Notes under the pieces: model-generated | Databases searched by the model: none | Told to the model about the DNA's origin: nothing | What the model saw: the letters and a program-made list of their open reading frames with translations, nothing else | Part shown: piece by piece, positions 41,271-52,614 of the stretch | How positions within the stretch are numbered: position 1 is the first letter of the stretch | Layout: every line of letters begins with the position of its first letter | Made by a program: the position numbers and the translations under genes | Assembly: GCA_010405405.1 (NCBI GenBank) | Contig: MU004230.1 | Coordinates: forward strand, 1,212,627 to 1,276,626 | Direction: 5' to 3' | DNA from: Microthyrium microscopicum | Lineage: Eukaryota | DNA length: 64,000 nt

Positions 41271-42702
41271 ATGGTTTCACACGCCATACTCGAGAACGGG
41301 ACCAACTCGCTACGCCACTATGTTGGCAGATACATCACTGACCTGCCGAAACCGGCGGTGATAATTGACAGATCAAAGATGCGTCGACACTGTCAATCTC
41401 TCGACAAAGCCGTCAATTTCCTGGGAGTGGATTTCAGGTTCCATGTGAAGACGCACAAGGTACCGGTACTTGACATGATTCCAAGCGTTGCTGACTATTG
41501 GTCAATAGACACGGGAAGGTGTGCGCCTTCAAGCTGGAGAATCGAAAGATGTTCGACTGATAGCATCAACCATGTCAGAAATCGACTTTCTCCAACCCGT
41601 CCTTCGTGGATTTCTCGATGCTGGTCGCAAAGTCAACATGCTGTACGGTATGCCACTGCCACCTTCGCAAGTTGAACCGTTGGCAGACAAGGCCCAGCAG
41701 CTGGGTCCAGGCACTATATCCGTACTCATCGATCACGCATCACAGCTCCAGCATTTGATCCGCTTCTTCGAAAAGGCAGGAACCCCAGCAGGTGTCTATC
41801 TGAAAGTGGACACTGGCTACCACCGCGCTGGTCTCCCGCCATCCGGCATCAATAAGGATGGACTAGTCACTAGATTGATGGACTTGGAGAAGGAAGGCAA
41901 GATTGACTTTATCGGGCTATATTCACACAGCAGTCTTAGCTACAACGACTCGACGACGAAACAGGCGATGGCGAACCTAGAGGGTGAGATCCTTGGTTGC
42001 CTTGAGACACTTGATAAGAACGCGAGTCTTTTTCCAAGGGACAAGAATCTCACAATCAGCGTTGGCGCTTCACCCCAAGTGACTGCAGTGGAGAATCTAG
42101 TTGGACCAGAAAATACCTTATCTGAAGGCGCCAACAGTCTGCGACAGACAATGCAAAAGGCCATCACGGAAAGACCAAGCGGATTTTGCACAAGGCTTGA
42201 GCTTCACGCTGGCGTGTACCCATTACTTGACGTTCAACAGCTTTCCACCCATTCTCGCGCCGACTTTGGCGATTACGAAGAAGAAATAGCCATCTGCGTC
42301 CTGGCAGAAGTGGTCAGTGTCTACAACGATGGCGAGCGAGCGCAGCCCGAAGCATTATTGGCAGTGGGCGTCACTGGCCTAGGACGAGAGCCGTGTGCTG
42401 CTTATGAAGGCTGGGGTATACTTGATCGTGAGGCATACTCGCCTGATAGTGCTAAGCCAGAACGTCGCTTGGTCTTGAGTCGCATCAGCCAAGAGCATAG
42501 TATTGTTGCATGGAGCCAGATCAAGGGTCTTGGTGTAGAGGAGCAACTGTCTCCGATTCCTCTTGAAGTGGGCCAGACTGTTCGCATCTATCCTAATCAT
42601 GCCTGCATTGCAGGTGCCATGTTTGACTCGTACTTTGTAGTGGATTCATCGGAAGATGGGAAACGAATTGTGGATATATGGGAAAGGGCGAGCAGGCGAT
42701 AG
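41271..42702 (+). CDS. DSD1: Fold-type III PLP / Zn-dependent D-serine dehydratase (Dsd1)-like enzyme (intron 41460-41508)
   Basis: LPKPAVIID, FRFHVKTHK|T PLP-lysine motif, YLKVDTGYHRAG, LELHAGVY..LDVQQ, LGREP, RISQEH, IYPNHACI (Zn His/Cys). Confidence 0.85.
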
Positions 42703-42863
42703 TTCCATCACGTAACTCACGAAGTCCATGGGCGGGTATAATATAATGAGAATCGTATGTAAAAACTTAATGCTTTTATAACCTGACATATCTGCCTCAG
42801 ACCAGAGCAGTCGTTAACACAAGACGAAAAGACATCAAGGATTTTGTATCAACATGAACAGTC

Positions 42864-44894
42864 TCAAAGCACCGCGATATGCCTCTCAATCTGTTCCCTC
42901 GAAACTCCAGGCGTAACTTGATATGAATACAAATTTCCAGTCTCATTACATCTCGCATAAACCAAAAACGACTGAATATGCTGGCTGGAATATGAGCCAA
43001 ATTTCCCACTACCACCTTCATCATCCACTGTCTGAAACAGTGAAATTACGTCGCGCCCGTTCACGCGCTCATGGTTAATAACCTGCACTGCGTCCAAGAT
43101 TTGAAAGACGGGAAAGTTTCCTTCTTCCAGAGCATCTTCTTTCAAGCGTTCTTCCAACCATTCCTGAATCCAGAGGCCTGTGGCCAGCTTGCGAGAGCGA
43201 AGAGCGCAGGCAAGTAAGAGCCCGGCAAAGCCAATTGTGTAGACGTTGAGTCGAATACAGTCGTTCCAATTGATTCCTGCAGCTATGCGGAGAAGTATTT
43301 GAATCCAATCTTCCATTTCTTCGTACAGGTCATCCGTGTCATCAAGAGATTTGCTACGTAAACTCTCCAGGGGTCCTGTGCATTGCATGGCTCGGGCAGT
43401 CACGTAGTAAGCAAAGTTGATCGCCAGACCATGTGACTGGAAGATTATCGGTGCGTTCTTTGGTTTTTGCACACTGTTGACATACCAAAGATTCAAGTCT
43501 TCCATGATCTCAGGCAATTCGTGGTCTTGGAGAGAGGCATGCCACTCATCCAATTTCTCAGACTGATCGCTCATCAAAGCCATGAGCTCTTGATCCGATG
43601 TGGCGAGATAGGTTTCTTTGCTTGTGGTGTTTTTCAGAAGTGATGCTTCATAGGACGTAATGATTGCTGCGGTGCTGAGACGATGTGACTCGCAAAGTGT
43701 CCAAAGAACAGACGCTCTTCGATACGCCGACGTTTCCGACATGTTGTTGAACATCGGATCAAGCAATGGCGTTGACCACCTTCTATAGAAGTCCGGGACG
43801 CCGAAGTGGGCTCTGCGCCACCAGTTCTGCATCTTGACCTCCACCCATGCCGCGAGTAATCCAGCACCATCAGACATCAATTGATCGGAGTAGCTGATTA
43901 GTAGCTTTTCGATAGCTTGAGAATGAACCTGAAACTCTTTGAAGTTGCCCATTGACGATTCCAAGTAGCAGAACAGGACCAATGCTGTTAGGGCCACTGT
44001 TGGTTGTGAATGCAGTTCTTGATGTCCCCATGCAGATATCTGTCGCATCGCTGAACCGTAAAGCTCTCCACTCAAGCTCTCATGTCCAGCTTCTGGTCGA
44101 TAACAGACACTTGAAGGAGCCGAAATCTTGGTAATCTTTCTTTGCGGTAGTGTGCGACTGAGACGACAAGCTGAAAGAGTGGCCATGGTGTCTCTGATGA
44201 GTCGTGACTGTCCACCAAGCGCCTCGATTTGGTTAAATGAGATATGCATTGCTGGCAAGCAGTAATGTCTCCATATGTTCATGTAGAACTTCATGAGATA
44301 ACTGTAGTCGTGGCGTGGTACAAGTGTCGGTGGCATACGAATGCAGAGGTCGCTCGTACGCTTGCTATCCAACTGTGTCTCCTGAGAAGATAAATCCATG
44401 GGAGCATATGGCTCAGTCGACGTTTCGAAGTCATGATTATTTATATCATTCGAGTGCCAGTTAAAATCGTTATCTTCAAAATCTATTATCCTCGGATCGT
44501 CAGCATCGAGTGACCCTGTTGGACAAGGGGATGCTGTCGAGATAGTGAGAACTGTTGCTGAGCATGGTGGAGTACTTTGACTTTGTGAACCCTCACGGCT
44601 CAACGAAGCGATATCAAATGAAGTCGAAATGGGCTTAGGGCGTGGTCTCTCAGTCTCACTCGGCCGAACGCTGCGAAATTCAAACGCCGGCGAGACTTGC
44701 TCACAAGGCTTCTCAAGCTTCAGACAGCTGCCACAGGTCGGTTTCTGTTCATCACACTTTTGATCTAATCAGCCAGGAAGCGAAAAAGTCTCAGCCATGG
44801 TCACCTTTTTTCGTCTTTTCCTGCAACTGACACAGCCCGCACGAGAGCGACAGATATTGGTCTTTTTCCGACGAGTCGGGGCGGGCCCATACAT
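42864..44894 (-). CDS. Zn(II)2Cys6 transcription factor (Fungal_trans_2-like body; intron 44757-44804 inside the Zn cluster)
   Basis: Spliced RSRAGCVSCRKRRKK|CDEQKPTCGSCLKLEKPC continues in frame into ORF 42864-44603. Confidence 0.88.
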
Positions 44895-45413
44895 GATGCA
44901 TTGATGAGGAATGCCTGTTGAAAGGTAGCCATCATATCAAAAAGGAATTGTCGACGCGGTCATGTATGTATGGGCTAGTTTACCTTGCTGTCGGAAGACC
45001 GACGTCAATTTAAAGTTGTCGCAGTCGCGCACCTCATTCGGTATAGCCCTTCTTTTCCCAGACTCTATATTTGGCCTCCTCGCTTGCAAGTCGAGACACT
45101 GACTCGACACTATATGGGCCGATAGTGAGATTAATCATGCTTTCTAGCAACTTTTGAAAAAATTACCTTTCAAGTATCTACCCGGTTCGGAAACTGGCAG
45201 GGGTCTTACTACGCCAGCAAATTGATCATGGTCCATCATCAACACGCGAGCGTTGTCGCTCTCGCGCACTTCATTCGAGATAATGCCTCGAGAGGCACGT
45301 CAAGGTCATGAGGATATAAATGATAGCTTTATCATCGATGTCGTCAGCTCGCCAACACATTCAACGGGGAGTTTCAATAATATAACCGCCTTAACCAAGT
45401 CTCCACCGTCATC

Positions 45414-46139
45414 ATGGCACCACAAAGCAAGATAAAAGCAGTTTTCTTTGATTTCATGGGCACATGTGTCGACTGGCACAGCTCTGCTCTCGGTGCAATG
45501 CCACCAGCAGTTCCAAAAGACATCGCATCCAAAATGGCCATCGACTGGCACCAGCGATACTTCTGGGAAAACAGCCAACTCTCCGCCAAAGGCTTAGGAC
45601 CGGAAGACATTGACCTAACTCTCGCGCGCGCCCTCGGCGCAATAATCGATCAGAACCCAGAACAAGCCGGTCATTTCGACGACGCAGCCAGAAGAAAGCT
45701 GGTGGAGAAATGGCACTTCCAGTCTGCCTGGCCCGACGTCATAAAAGCCATCAATAGTCTCCGCGAAGATCTTGGTCTGGACGTGCTTGTGCATGGCAAC
45801 GGCACTCCAAGGATGCAGATGGATCTTTGTCGCTCGTCTGGAGTGCAGTTTAGCATGCTGTTTTCGAGCCTGCTGCTAGGCTTTTACAAGCCTGATCCGA
45901 GATCATACAAGAAGGCATTGGAGCTTGTCAATTTTGGGCCAGATGAGGTGGTGATGGTTGCGGCGCATGCTTATGATTTGCGAGGAGCGCAGAAGGCTGG
46001 GATGAGAACTATTTATATTCATCGATGGTCGGACGATACTGACGAGGATATGGAGAAGGTGAAGACAGAGTTTGATGTCTTCTTGGAGGATATGGTTGAG
46101 CTTCCTGCGACTATAGAGAAGTGGAATGCTGCTGTGTAG
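45414..46139 (+). CDS. HAD-superfamily hydrolase, type II haloacid dehalogenase-like
   Basis: Motif I FFDFMGTCVDW, W(H)..AWPDV, motif II HGNG, motif III YKPDP.SY, motif IV MVAAHAYDL.GA...GMRTIYI.R. Confidence 0.88.
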   Translation: MAPQSKIKAVFFDFMGTCVDWHSSALGAMPPAVPKDIASKMAIDWHQRYFWENSQLSAKGLGPEDIDLTLARALGAIIDQNPEQAGHFDDAARRKLVEKWHFQSAWPDVIKAINSLREDLGLDVLVHGNGTPRMQMDLCRSSGVQFSMLFSSLLLGFYKPDPRSYKKALELVNFGPDEVVMVAAHAYDLRGAQKAGMRTIYIHRWSDDTDEDMEKVKTEFDVFLEDMVELPATIEKWNAAV

Positions 46140-46645
46140 TGATTCAGAAGAGCAAATCTGGGGACTGTACATAATAGTAGACATCAAAATCTCCACTATC
46201 AAAAAGCCAAGTCTCAAGAGCTTAACTGCAGATGTTCAGTGAAACTATAATTCGCTGTGGTATATGCAAAGTTGACCAATCAGCTTGGATACAATACAGC
46301 CTTGTTGTGGAACAATTCAATACCCAGGAGATTATAATGATGTTGCGGTTGGAGCATTAATTGAGCCTCGTTGAAGTGTTTGTCCCTGAGACTGGCCGGC
46401 TGATATTGTCTAAAACAATCTGCATTCTCGCTCTATCAGACACACTGTGGAAAGGTGGGTGATGATGAGTATTGTCTTCGGTACATAAATTATGCATTGA
46501 CGAGGAGCAGCAACAGCTATATACGCTATTTCGCATGCTTCTGAACATCGATCTATTCGAATCCGCTATGCAAAATGCAATGGTATCTTTGGTATTCATG
46601 CATCATCGCTAATCGCACACAATGCACGGTTCTGTCTCAAAAATT

Positions 46646-48388
46646 TCACGAGGCGTTCTTCATGTTCCCACAAATATCACAAGTCCACCACTGATGTTCC
46701 ATAAAATTGCCGCAGTAATCACAATTCCAACCCGCAGCACGCAAGTTCGACAGGTGTGAGTTCGCAGCGGGCGGTCCTGGATGTGCTTGCGGCACAGATG
46801 AACGTTCTGGCCGCTCAACTTCACATGCGCCGCACACTATAGCGTCTGCCTGGTTGATGAGCGTGCAGATTTCGCACTGCCAAGTAGTGCTGGGCGATGA
46901 CGTGCTAGCTAAGGAGGGTGTGTTGGAGCGTGAGGAGGAGCCTCCTTGGAGGGACTTTTTAATGATCTTCTGCTTCTTTTCGCTTTCTTTGACTAGGCGG
47001 GACATGGGCTTGCCGAAGCGATTGATTTCGGGCACTTTCTTTCCCGGCTTGTTGGGTGGTACTAGTGGAGCTCTGGACGAAGATGGTCGCGATTTGGGGT
47101 TGGGTATGGGAGGGGACGGACCGTAAGATATAGGTGGTGGTGCTGGGCGAGATGCTGCAGGCACAGGATGCGGAGGTCGTGAGGTTATCGGAGCAGCGCT
47201 GGTTGGTGCTTCCTGAAGACCATTGATGGGATCCCAGGTTAGGCCTTCCGATACGGGCGGAGCGACAAGGTTTGTGTGGTATTCTTGATCCAGCTGACGT
47301 TCTTCGTCTGTAGCCATGAGCTCTATAGTGGCTTGTTGAATGGCCATGGCATTTGCTTGGTCCATATCTTCCTTCGTTCTGAAGCCATTGAGCAAGGCGT
47401 CATGCGCAGCTTGCTCAGCACCCTTGGATCCAGTAGCACATCCAGTTGTAACAGCTCGAGTAGTCTCTGTGGTTCTCCGAATCGTAGCATCAGCAATAAC
47501 TTCGTTGATTCTAGTGCCCGGCGTTGGTCTAGCGCCTCCTAGTCGATGTCCTTGGCTTTGTTGGGCCTTGCGCTCCTTGTCACGTTTCACAGCTTCTGCT
47601 CGAGCGCGACGTCTCATCTCTTCTCGAGGCATATGAGCGCCGCCTAGTTGGCGACCTTGGCCCAAGAAGCCTTCTCCAGTATATCCCTTGATGGTGAGAG
47701 TCTCCCACTCGTCTCTCAACTCGTTCCAAAGCTTATGAAAATCATCGTTATGAGGACCTATTGCGTTATGACACAATTCATGAAGCATTGTGTCTAACGC
47801 GTGTTCGAATGGGAGAAATGACCGAGAGTTATGTGCGTATCTTAACCGAATGTGTATTGTTTCGCCGCGATTCACGTTAAGACCTTGTTTTAGTTAGCCT
47901 GCAAGGCCTCATTTTCTTCAACCAAGTGGTGTAAATACCTAAGAGATTTTGCTGTTGAGGAAAGAATTCGCTCAGTGTACCAACACGCCAGCCTCGCTTG
48001 CGCATAATGGGTTTGACGCAGGACGCGATCTTGCGAAGCATTGTGAGCGCGCTCGCAGAGTCGGACATCTCCTGCATATGCACATATTGTTGAATCAAAG
48101 GGTCTATTTCCCGCATCTTGGACAAGCGCTTCCTCGCTGAGCGGTAGAGATCTGAGAAGTCTTCAAGCACTGAGCCTGGTGGTAGTTCGGTTTGAGCGTA
48201 TTGAGGTTGAGGTTGAGGAGGGCGGCGAGGGGACTTGGAGGAACGACGGCTGGAAGGATTTGAATCTGGCACTCTGGAGAAACTATGAGAAGCTCAACGA
48301 ATTAGTGAATGTGAAGACCTTCCAGTTGCAGCTCGGTGAGGTGGTTAGAGTCTTACAAATCCGTGGCAACACTCTTGAGTGGACGCAT
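46646..48388 (-). CDS. WSS1: WLM-domain metalloprotease (Wss1-like) with two C-terminal RanBP2-type zinc fingers
   Basis: LRKIASCVKPIMRKRGWRVGTLSEFFP, LLG|LNVNRG, TMLHELCHN..GPH zincin motif, GYTGEGF, WQCEICTLIN..CGACE and WNCDYC...WWTCDIC. The conserved start is ATG 48116; an upstream in-frame exon starts at 48388. Confidence 0.9.
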
Positions 48389-49241
48389 CGCTGCAGAAGT
48401 TGAGGCTGCACTATGCCGCGTCAGCCTAATGGCCACTAGAACCTTTTACTCTACTGAGTAGAGCTACAATTCAACAGTGAATGTAACAGAAGATGAAGGT
48501 ACTGCAGCTACCAACATCCAGCAAGATAGTTAATTTGAGACCTTTTGTAGGTTACAGCGTTTAGTAACAGCAGCAGAGGGCTCTAGTTTTGAACATTGCG
48601 GATTTGTTTTCAAGGGTCTCTCTTGTCCACGTAATTCGAAGGGCTAGTTTCTTTACAAGTGCCTGGGCGGTCGATTGGGCTGGATCTCGATTATGCAGGC
48701 ACTTACAGCACTGCAGGTAAAAGAGCAGTCTTGAGAGGCGAAGAGTCGGCATTTCAACAAACCCCTTTTGAGATATGGATGCAACTGGTCAGCGGTTAAG
48801 CATGGATTGTCGGATGACGGGTGATGGCACATTGTAGGGATATTTTTAGATTATCGAAACGGCTAGAGCAAGCCGCCAGATCTACCTTCCATATCCACAC
48901 AAATGGATGAAAATCAAGGTCTAGGCCACGATAAAGGGATAATCAGGCCAGTAGTAGGAGAATTATCGGGACTATTGAGCTGACCAAAAGGCCATAGATT
49001 GCCGTGTGGGGATAGATACAACAGGCTGTGACTGCGTACTCACTGCTGCTACTGGGGGCCTTTGTAAATACAGGGTAGTAGGAAGTATCTTTAGGTATAT
49101 ACAGTAGTAGTAATCGTGAATGGTAACACAAGTTACATCCGTAGGGAAACTCTATCATTATTGAAGCCTTTTCTGATCTTGTTCTGATCTTAATCTAATC
49201 TCAATCAAGATTCCCATTAAGATAAGATAAGATGCTAGGTA

Positions 49242-49283
49242 AACGCGGGGCGCGTCTGAGTAGTGCCTTAGCAACGAACGCGT
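49242..49283. promoter_or_regulatory. Cluster of MCB-like (ACGCGT / CGCG) elements upstream of the checkpoint kinase
   Basis: AACGCG (49242-49247), GCGCGTC (49250-49256) and perfect ACGCGT (49278-49283), followed by a pyrimidine-rich TSS region. Confidence 0.5.
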
Positions 49284-49743
49284 CTGTGCCTTCCTTTCCA
49301 ATGTTCTTAGATCTTTCCTCGACAACTTCGACTCCCACTACCTATCTCTACTATTACACCACCTCACCACCTTACATCCTTCACTCCCTCAACATCTCCC
49401 TTGGCATTTGGTTCCCGCGTTGTTTTGTTTACTTGTTTCCATATCTGTCGTAATCTGGTTCCCGTTGTTACTCACGTCCCTCAACTGCTTCCCATTTCCC
49501 ACACGTTCCTAAAAGTTCTCCAGCCATTTTACGTCACGCTCTCCAGTTTCTCAATAAGATCAATCAGGTTTAGTTGGACTACTCGAATTGCCTACTCAGT
49601 CTCCTCCATCAAAATCATTATCAAGGCCGATAATTTTCGTTTCGTTTTGAGGCGACGGATCGATCAAAAGGAGGATACACCCATACCTTTGCATGGCCCT
49701 GAGCCAAGAGAGCTCCGGCAGCTACTCTTAGGCTCCAGCTATC

Positions 49744-52614
49744 ATGGCGGACGAAGCTACTCAGCCGGCGACGCAGCAAATGCTCGATCCTCGAAGACTG
49801 GGCCGCAACAACTCAGGTCTCTCAGAAGAAGATGTATCCGATGTGCTGTGCATATTACATCCTGGGTCACCAGCGGCTTTCGATATATGTCGTCGAACAG
49901 CTCAAGAGAATCCCCAACATGTCTTGCAAGGCCACGACACATTTGAAGAAGGTCTGGAAGATACTTTCGACTTGGACTTGGACAATGTCAAAGGACTTGC
50001 TCTTCGCTTTTCCTCACGTCTTAAACTCCCTCCTATGGGCTTTACCTTCGGACGACATCCAGACAAATGCGATATCGTTCTGAATGATGGCGATGAAAAG
50101 TCTAGACGAATCAGCAACGTCCATTTTCGCATATACATTAATGAGCATGGAGTACTGCTGTTGGAAGACGAGTCCACAAATGGCACAGTCGTTGACGATG
50201 TTCATCTCAAACGACGGGAAAATAATGGTAAACCTACCACTCGAACTCTTTCGAACATGACTCGAATTGTCATTCCTTGTGTTTCGCAAAAGCACAACAT
50301 TTTCTTCCACGTCCACATACCTCCCCGAGACGGCCACGAAGCCAAGTATCGACAAAAATTCGAGAACTATATGGCTATGCTTGCAAAATATCCCAAAGGC
50401 GCCACCGATCTCACCCGACGACGACCTGTTATGAATACAGGGAACTCATCTCGAGCCCCTTATATTCAGACCAATCGATTTGGCATGGTGTGGGACGGGA
50501 GCCCCGACTATAGAGTGTCTGGATTCCTTGGAAAAGGAGCTTTTGCCAATGTTTATCATTTGACTACTTGCATGGATGGTCGGGTGCTTGCAGTGAAAGA
50601 ACTCGAAAAACGGCGTTTCATCAAAGACGGAGTCCTCGATCGACGCCTCAGCAACGAAATACAAATAATGCGAGCAATCAAGCATCCTCACATTGTTCAA
50701 TACGAAGACTTTCGAGACGTCAACGATCACCTTTATATCATGATGGAATACGTTCCATGTGGAGATCTTCAGAAGTATCTCAAGCAGGGATTGCTTACTG
50801 AAGATAATGGGATGTTGTTGGCACGACAAGTCTTGCAAGCCCTGGCATATCTCCATGAGAGTAAAATCACTCATCGGGATATCAAACCCGATAATATTCT
50901 TATAGCGAGCGAGGACCCTCTTTTTGTCAAGCTATCTGATTTTGGGCTTTCCAAAGCTACCACGAATGATACTTTCACAAAGACGTTCTGTGGGACTTTG
51001 CTCTACTGTGCTCCTGAAGTGTTCCCACACTACCACAACGAAAAGCAAGGAACCAAGCGACGACACGGTAGGAAATCACACTCCTATGATTATGCTGTCG
51101 ATATCTGGTCTCTTGGAGGTGTTCTTTGGTTTGGTCTATCTGGACTCCCACCCTTCGAAGGCGTCGTCGATCAGAATGGTCGAGGAATGTACGACAAGAT
51201 CACCAAGACAAATCTAGATACCAGTCCATTGGATAACGTTGGTCTTTCAGCCAACGTCAAAGATTTACTCAACCAGATGCTCACAGTTCAACCCGATAAT
51301 CGACCTAGCGCTGTTGAGTGCTTGAACCATCCCTGGCTCTTTACAGGAGAGATTATTACCGAGCCAAACAGAGGGCTCAAACCAATCGCAGAAGAGGTGG
51401 AGGAGCAGAAATTTTCGCAGCTTTCCATTGATGATTTACCAGCCGCGGCAGGTGCAGAACATGATTTCGATAACATGTTCGACGAGCATGACCTTGACGA
51501 CTTGGTCTTCGCCGACGAGCTAAATAGATCAAAGCGTGTAAAAAAGGATGAGCGCTTTCCACGTATGCAGACTCGCGATATCTCAGACAAGGAATCTTCA
51601 GATGACCAGTGGGTTCCCGATCCATCTGCTCCCGAAGGACAACTGATCCTGCCTTTTGTCTCTCCCGGCCCACGCCGACTGTTTGGGGAAATTGGTGCAT
51701 CGGCCCTGGCTAATTCGAAAGTCTTGGGCCAACAAACTAAGCAAGCACTGGAGGTTTATTCACCCTCACTTTCACAACCCCAACACGATCCGTCTCAGCC
51801 TGCTGCGAGCCTACTTGGAGCAGAGTCACTACTTAATGCCATTAAGATGGTTGAATCGGACTCACATTCTTCAGGCCTAGAATCATCTGCCAACTCTATC
51901 GCTAGTGCCACTGCCGGTGCAGAATTTCAAAACCATCAAACCGACTTTTCGGACTCACAGGCTACCCCACGCGCGAATCAAAATATCTCTAAATTCGACA
52001 GCCAGGCCGATTCTACGCCTACACGACGACCAGCCATGCCGGATACAATCTATCAGCCTGATCCTCCTACCATGGCATCTGCTACAAACCCATTTCAGCA
52101 ACATAGTTTGACAGCAGAAGTCGCACAATCGTTCTCGGAGAATCGGCCTCGCATCGGTACTCTCATCACTACAAACGACTCAGTTGAACAAATCTTCTTA
52201 CCACTCAATAAGCGATACGAAAATTGGGGCCGAGCCCCACAAAACACCAACGTCTATCCAAACAAACTTGACACCCGCATCCCGAAACGCGCCTTTGCTA
52301 TATTATTTCAAAGCCGCAATCTCGATGAGGTGATCAAAAATGATGGAGATTGGTCTACTCTTACCGACCTCTTTGTCCAAATCAGCGCATTCTCCAAGCA
52401 GGGCATCTGGATCAATGGTACTCGTCTGCCTGAGAAGAATGCAGAAGGTCGAGGTCTCTTTGGCGTTGTCTATACTGGAGATGTGATCACAGTCGTTCCG
52501 CCAAATGGTAATGGTGATGGACCAATTCGATTCGTCTGCACCTTCAACCATGGTCTCGCCAAGGAACCTCGCAAGGATCCATTTGAAATTCAACTTATGC
52601 CACCTAGATTGTGA
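49744..52614 (+). CDS. RAD53: Rad53/Chk2-family checkpoint kinase (FHA-kinase-FHA), intronless
   Basis: N-terminal TQ cluster (ATQPATQQ); FHA1 FGRH...ISNVHF...DESTNGT; kinase GKGAFA/AVK/HRDIKPDN/DFG/FCGTLLYCAPE; second FHA WGRAPQNT...TRIPK...GIWING. Confidence 0.9.
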   Translation: MADEATQPATQQMLDPRRLGRNNSGLSEEDVSDVLCILHPGSPAAFDICRRTAQENPQHVLQGHDTFEEGLEDTFDLDLDNVKGLALRFSSRLKLPPMGFTFGRHPDKCDIVLNDGDEKSRRISNVHFRIYINEHGVLLLEDESTNGTVVDDVHLKRRENNGKPTTRTLSNMTRIVIPCVSQKHNIFFHVHIPPRDGHEAKYRQKFENYMAMLAKYPKGATDLTRRRPVMNTGNSSRAPYIQTNRFGMVWDGSPDYRVSGFLGKGAFANVYHLTTCMDGRVLAVKELEKRRFIKDGVLDRRLSNEIQIMRAIKHPHIVQYEDFRDVNDHLYIMMEYVPCGDLQKYLKQGLLTEDNGMLLARQVLQALAYLHESKITHRDIKPDNILIASEDPLFVKLSDFGLSKATTNDTFTKTFCGTLLYCAPEVFPHYHNEKQGTKRRHGRKSHSYDYAVDIWSLGGVLWFGLSGLPPFEGVVDQNGRGMYDKITKTNLDTSPLDNVGLSANVKDLLNQMLTVQPDNRPSAVECLNHPWLFTGEIITEPNRGLKPIAEEVEEQKFSQLSIDDLPAAAGAEHDFDNMFDEHDLDDLVFADELNRSKRVKKDERFPRMQTRDISDKESSDDQWVPDPSAPEGQLILPFVSPGPRRLFGEIGASALANSKVLGQQTKQALEVYSPSLSQPQHDPSQPAASLLGAESLLNAIKMVESDSHSSGLESSANSIASATAGAEFQNHQTDFSDSQATPRANQNISKFDSQADSTPTRRPAMPDTIYQPDPPTMASATNPFQQHSLTAEVAQSFSENRPRIGTLITTNDSVEQIFLPLNKRYENWGRAPQNTNVYPNKLDTRIPKRAFAILFQSRNLDEVIKNDGDWSTLTDLFVQISAFSKQGIWINGTRLPEKNAEGRGLFGVVYTGDVITVVPPNGNGDGPIRFVCTFNHGLAKEPRKDPFEIQLMPPRL

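Noticed and set aside
49401..49946. 181-aa ORF overlapping the start of the RAD53-like gene
   Set aside because: Non-ATG start, UTR-like composition, out of frame with the kinase.
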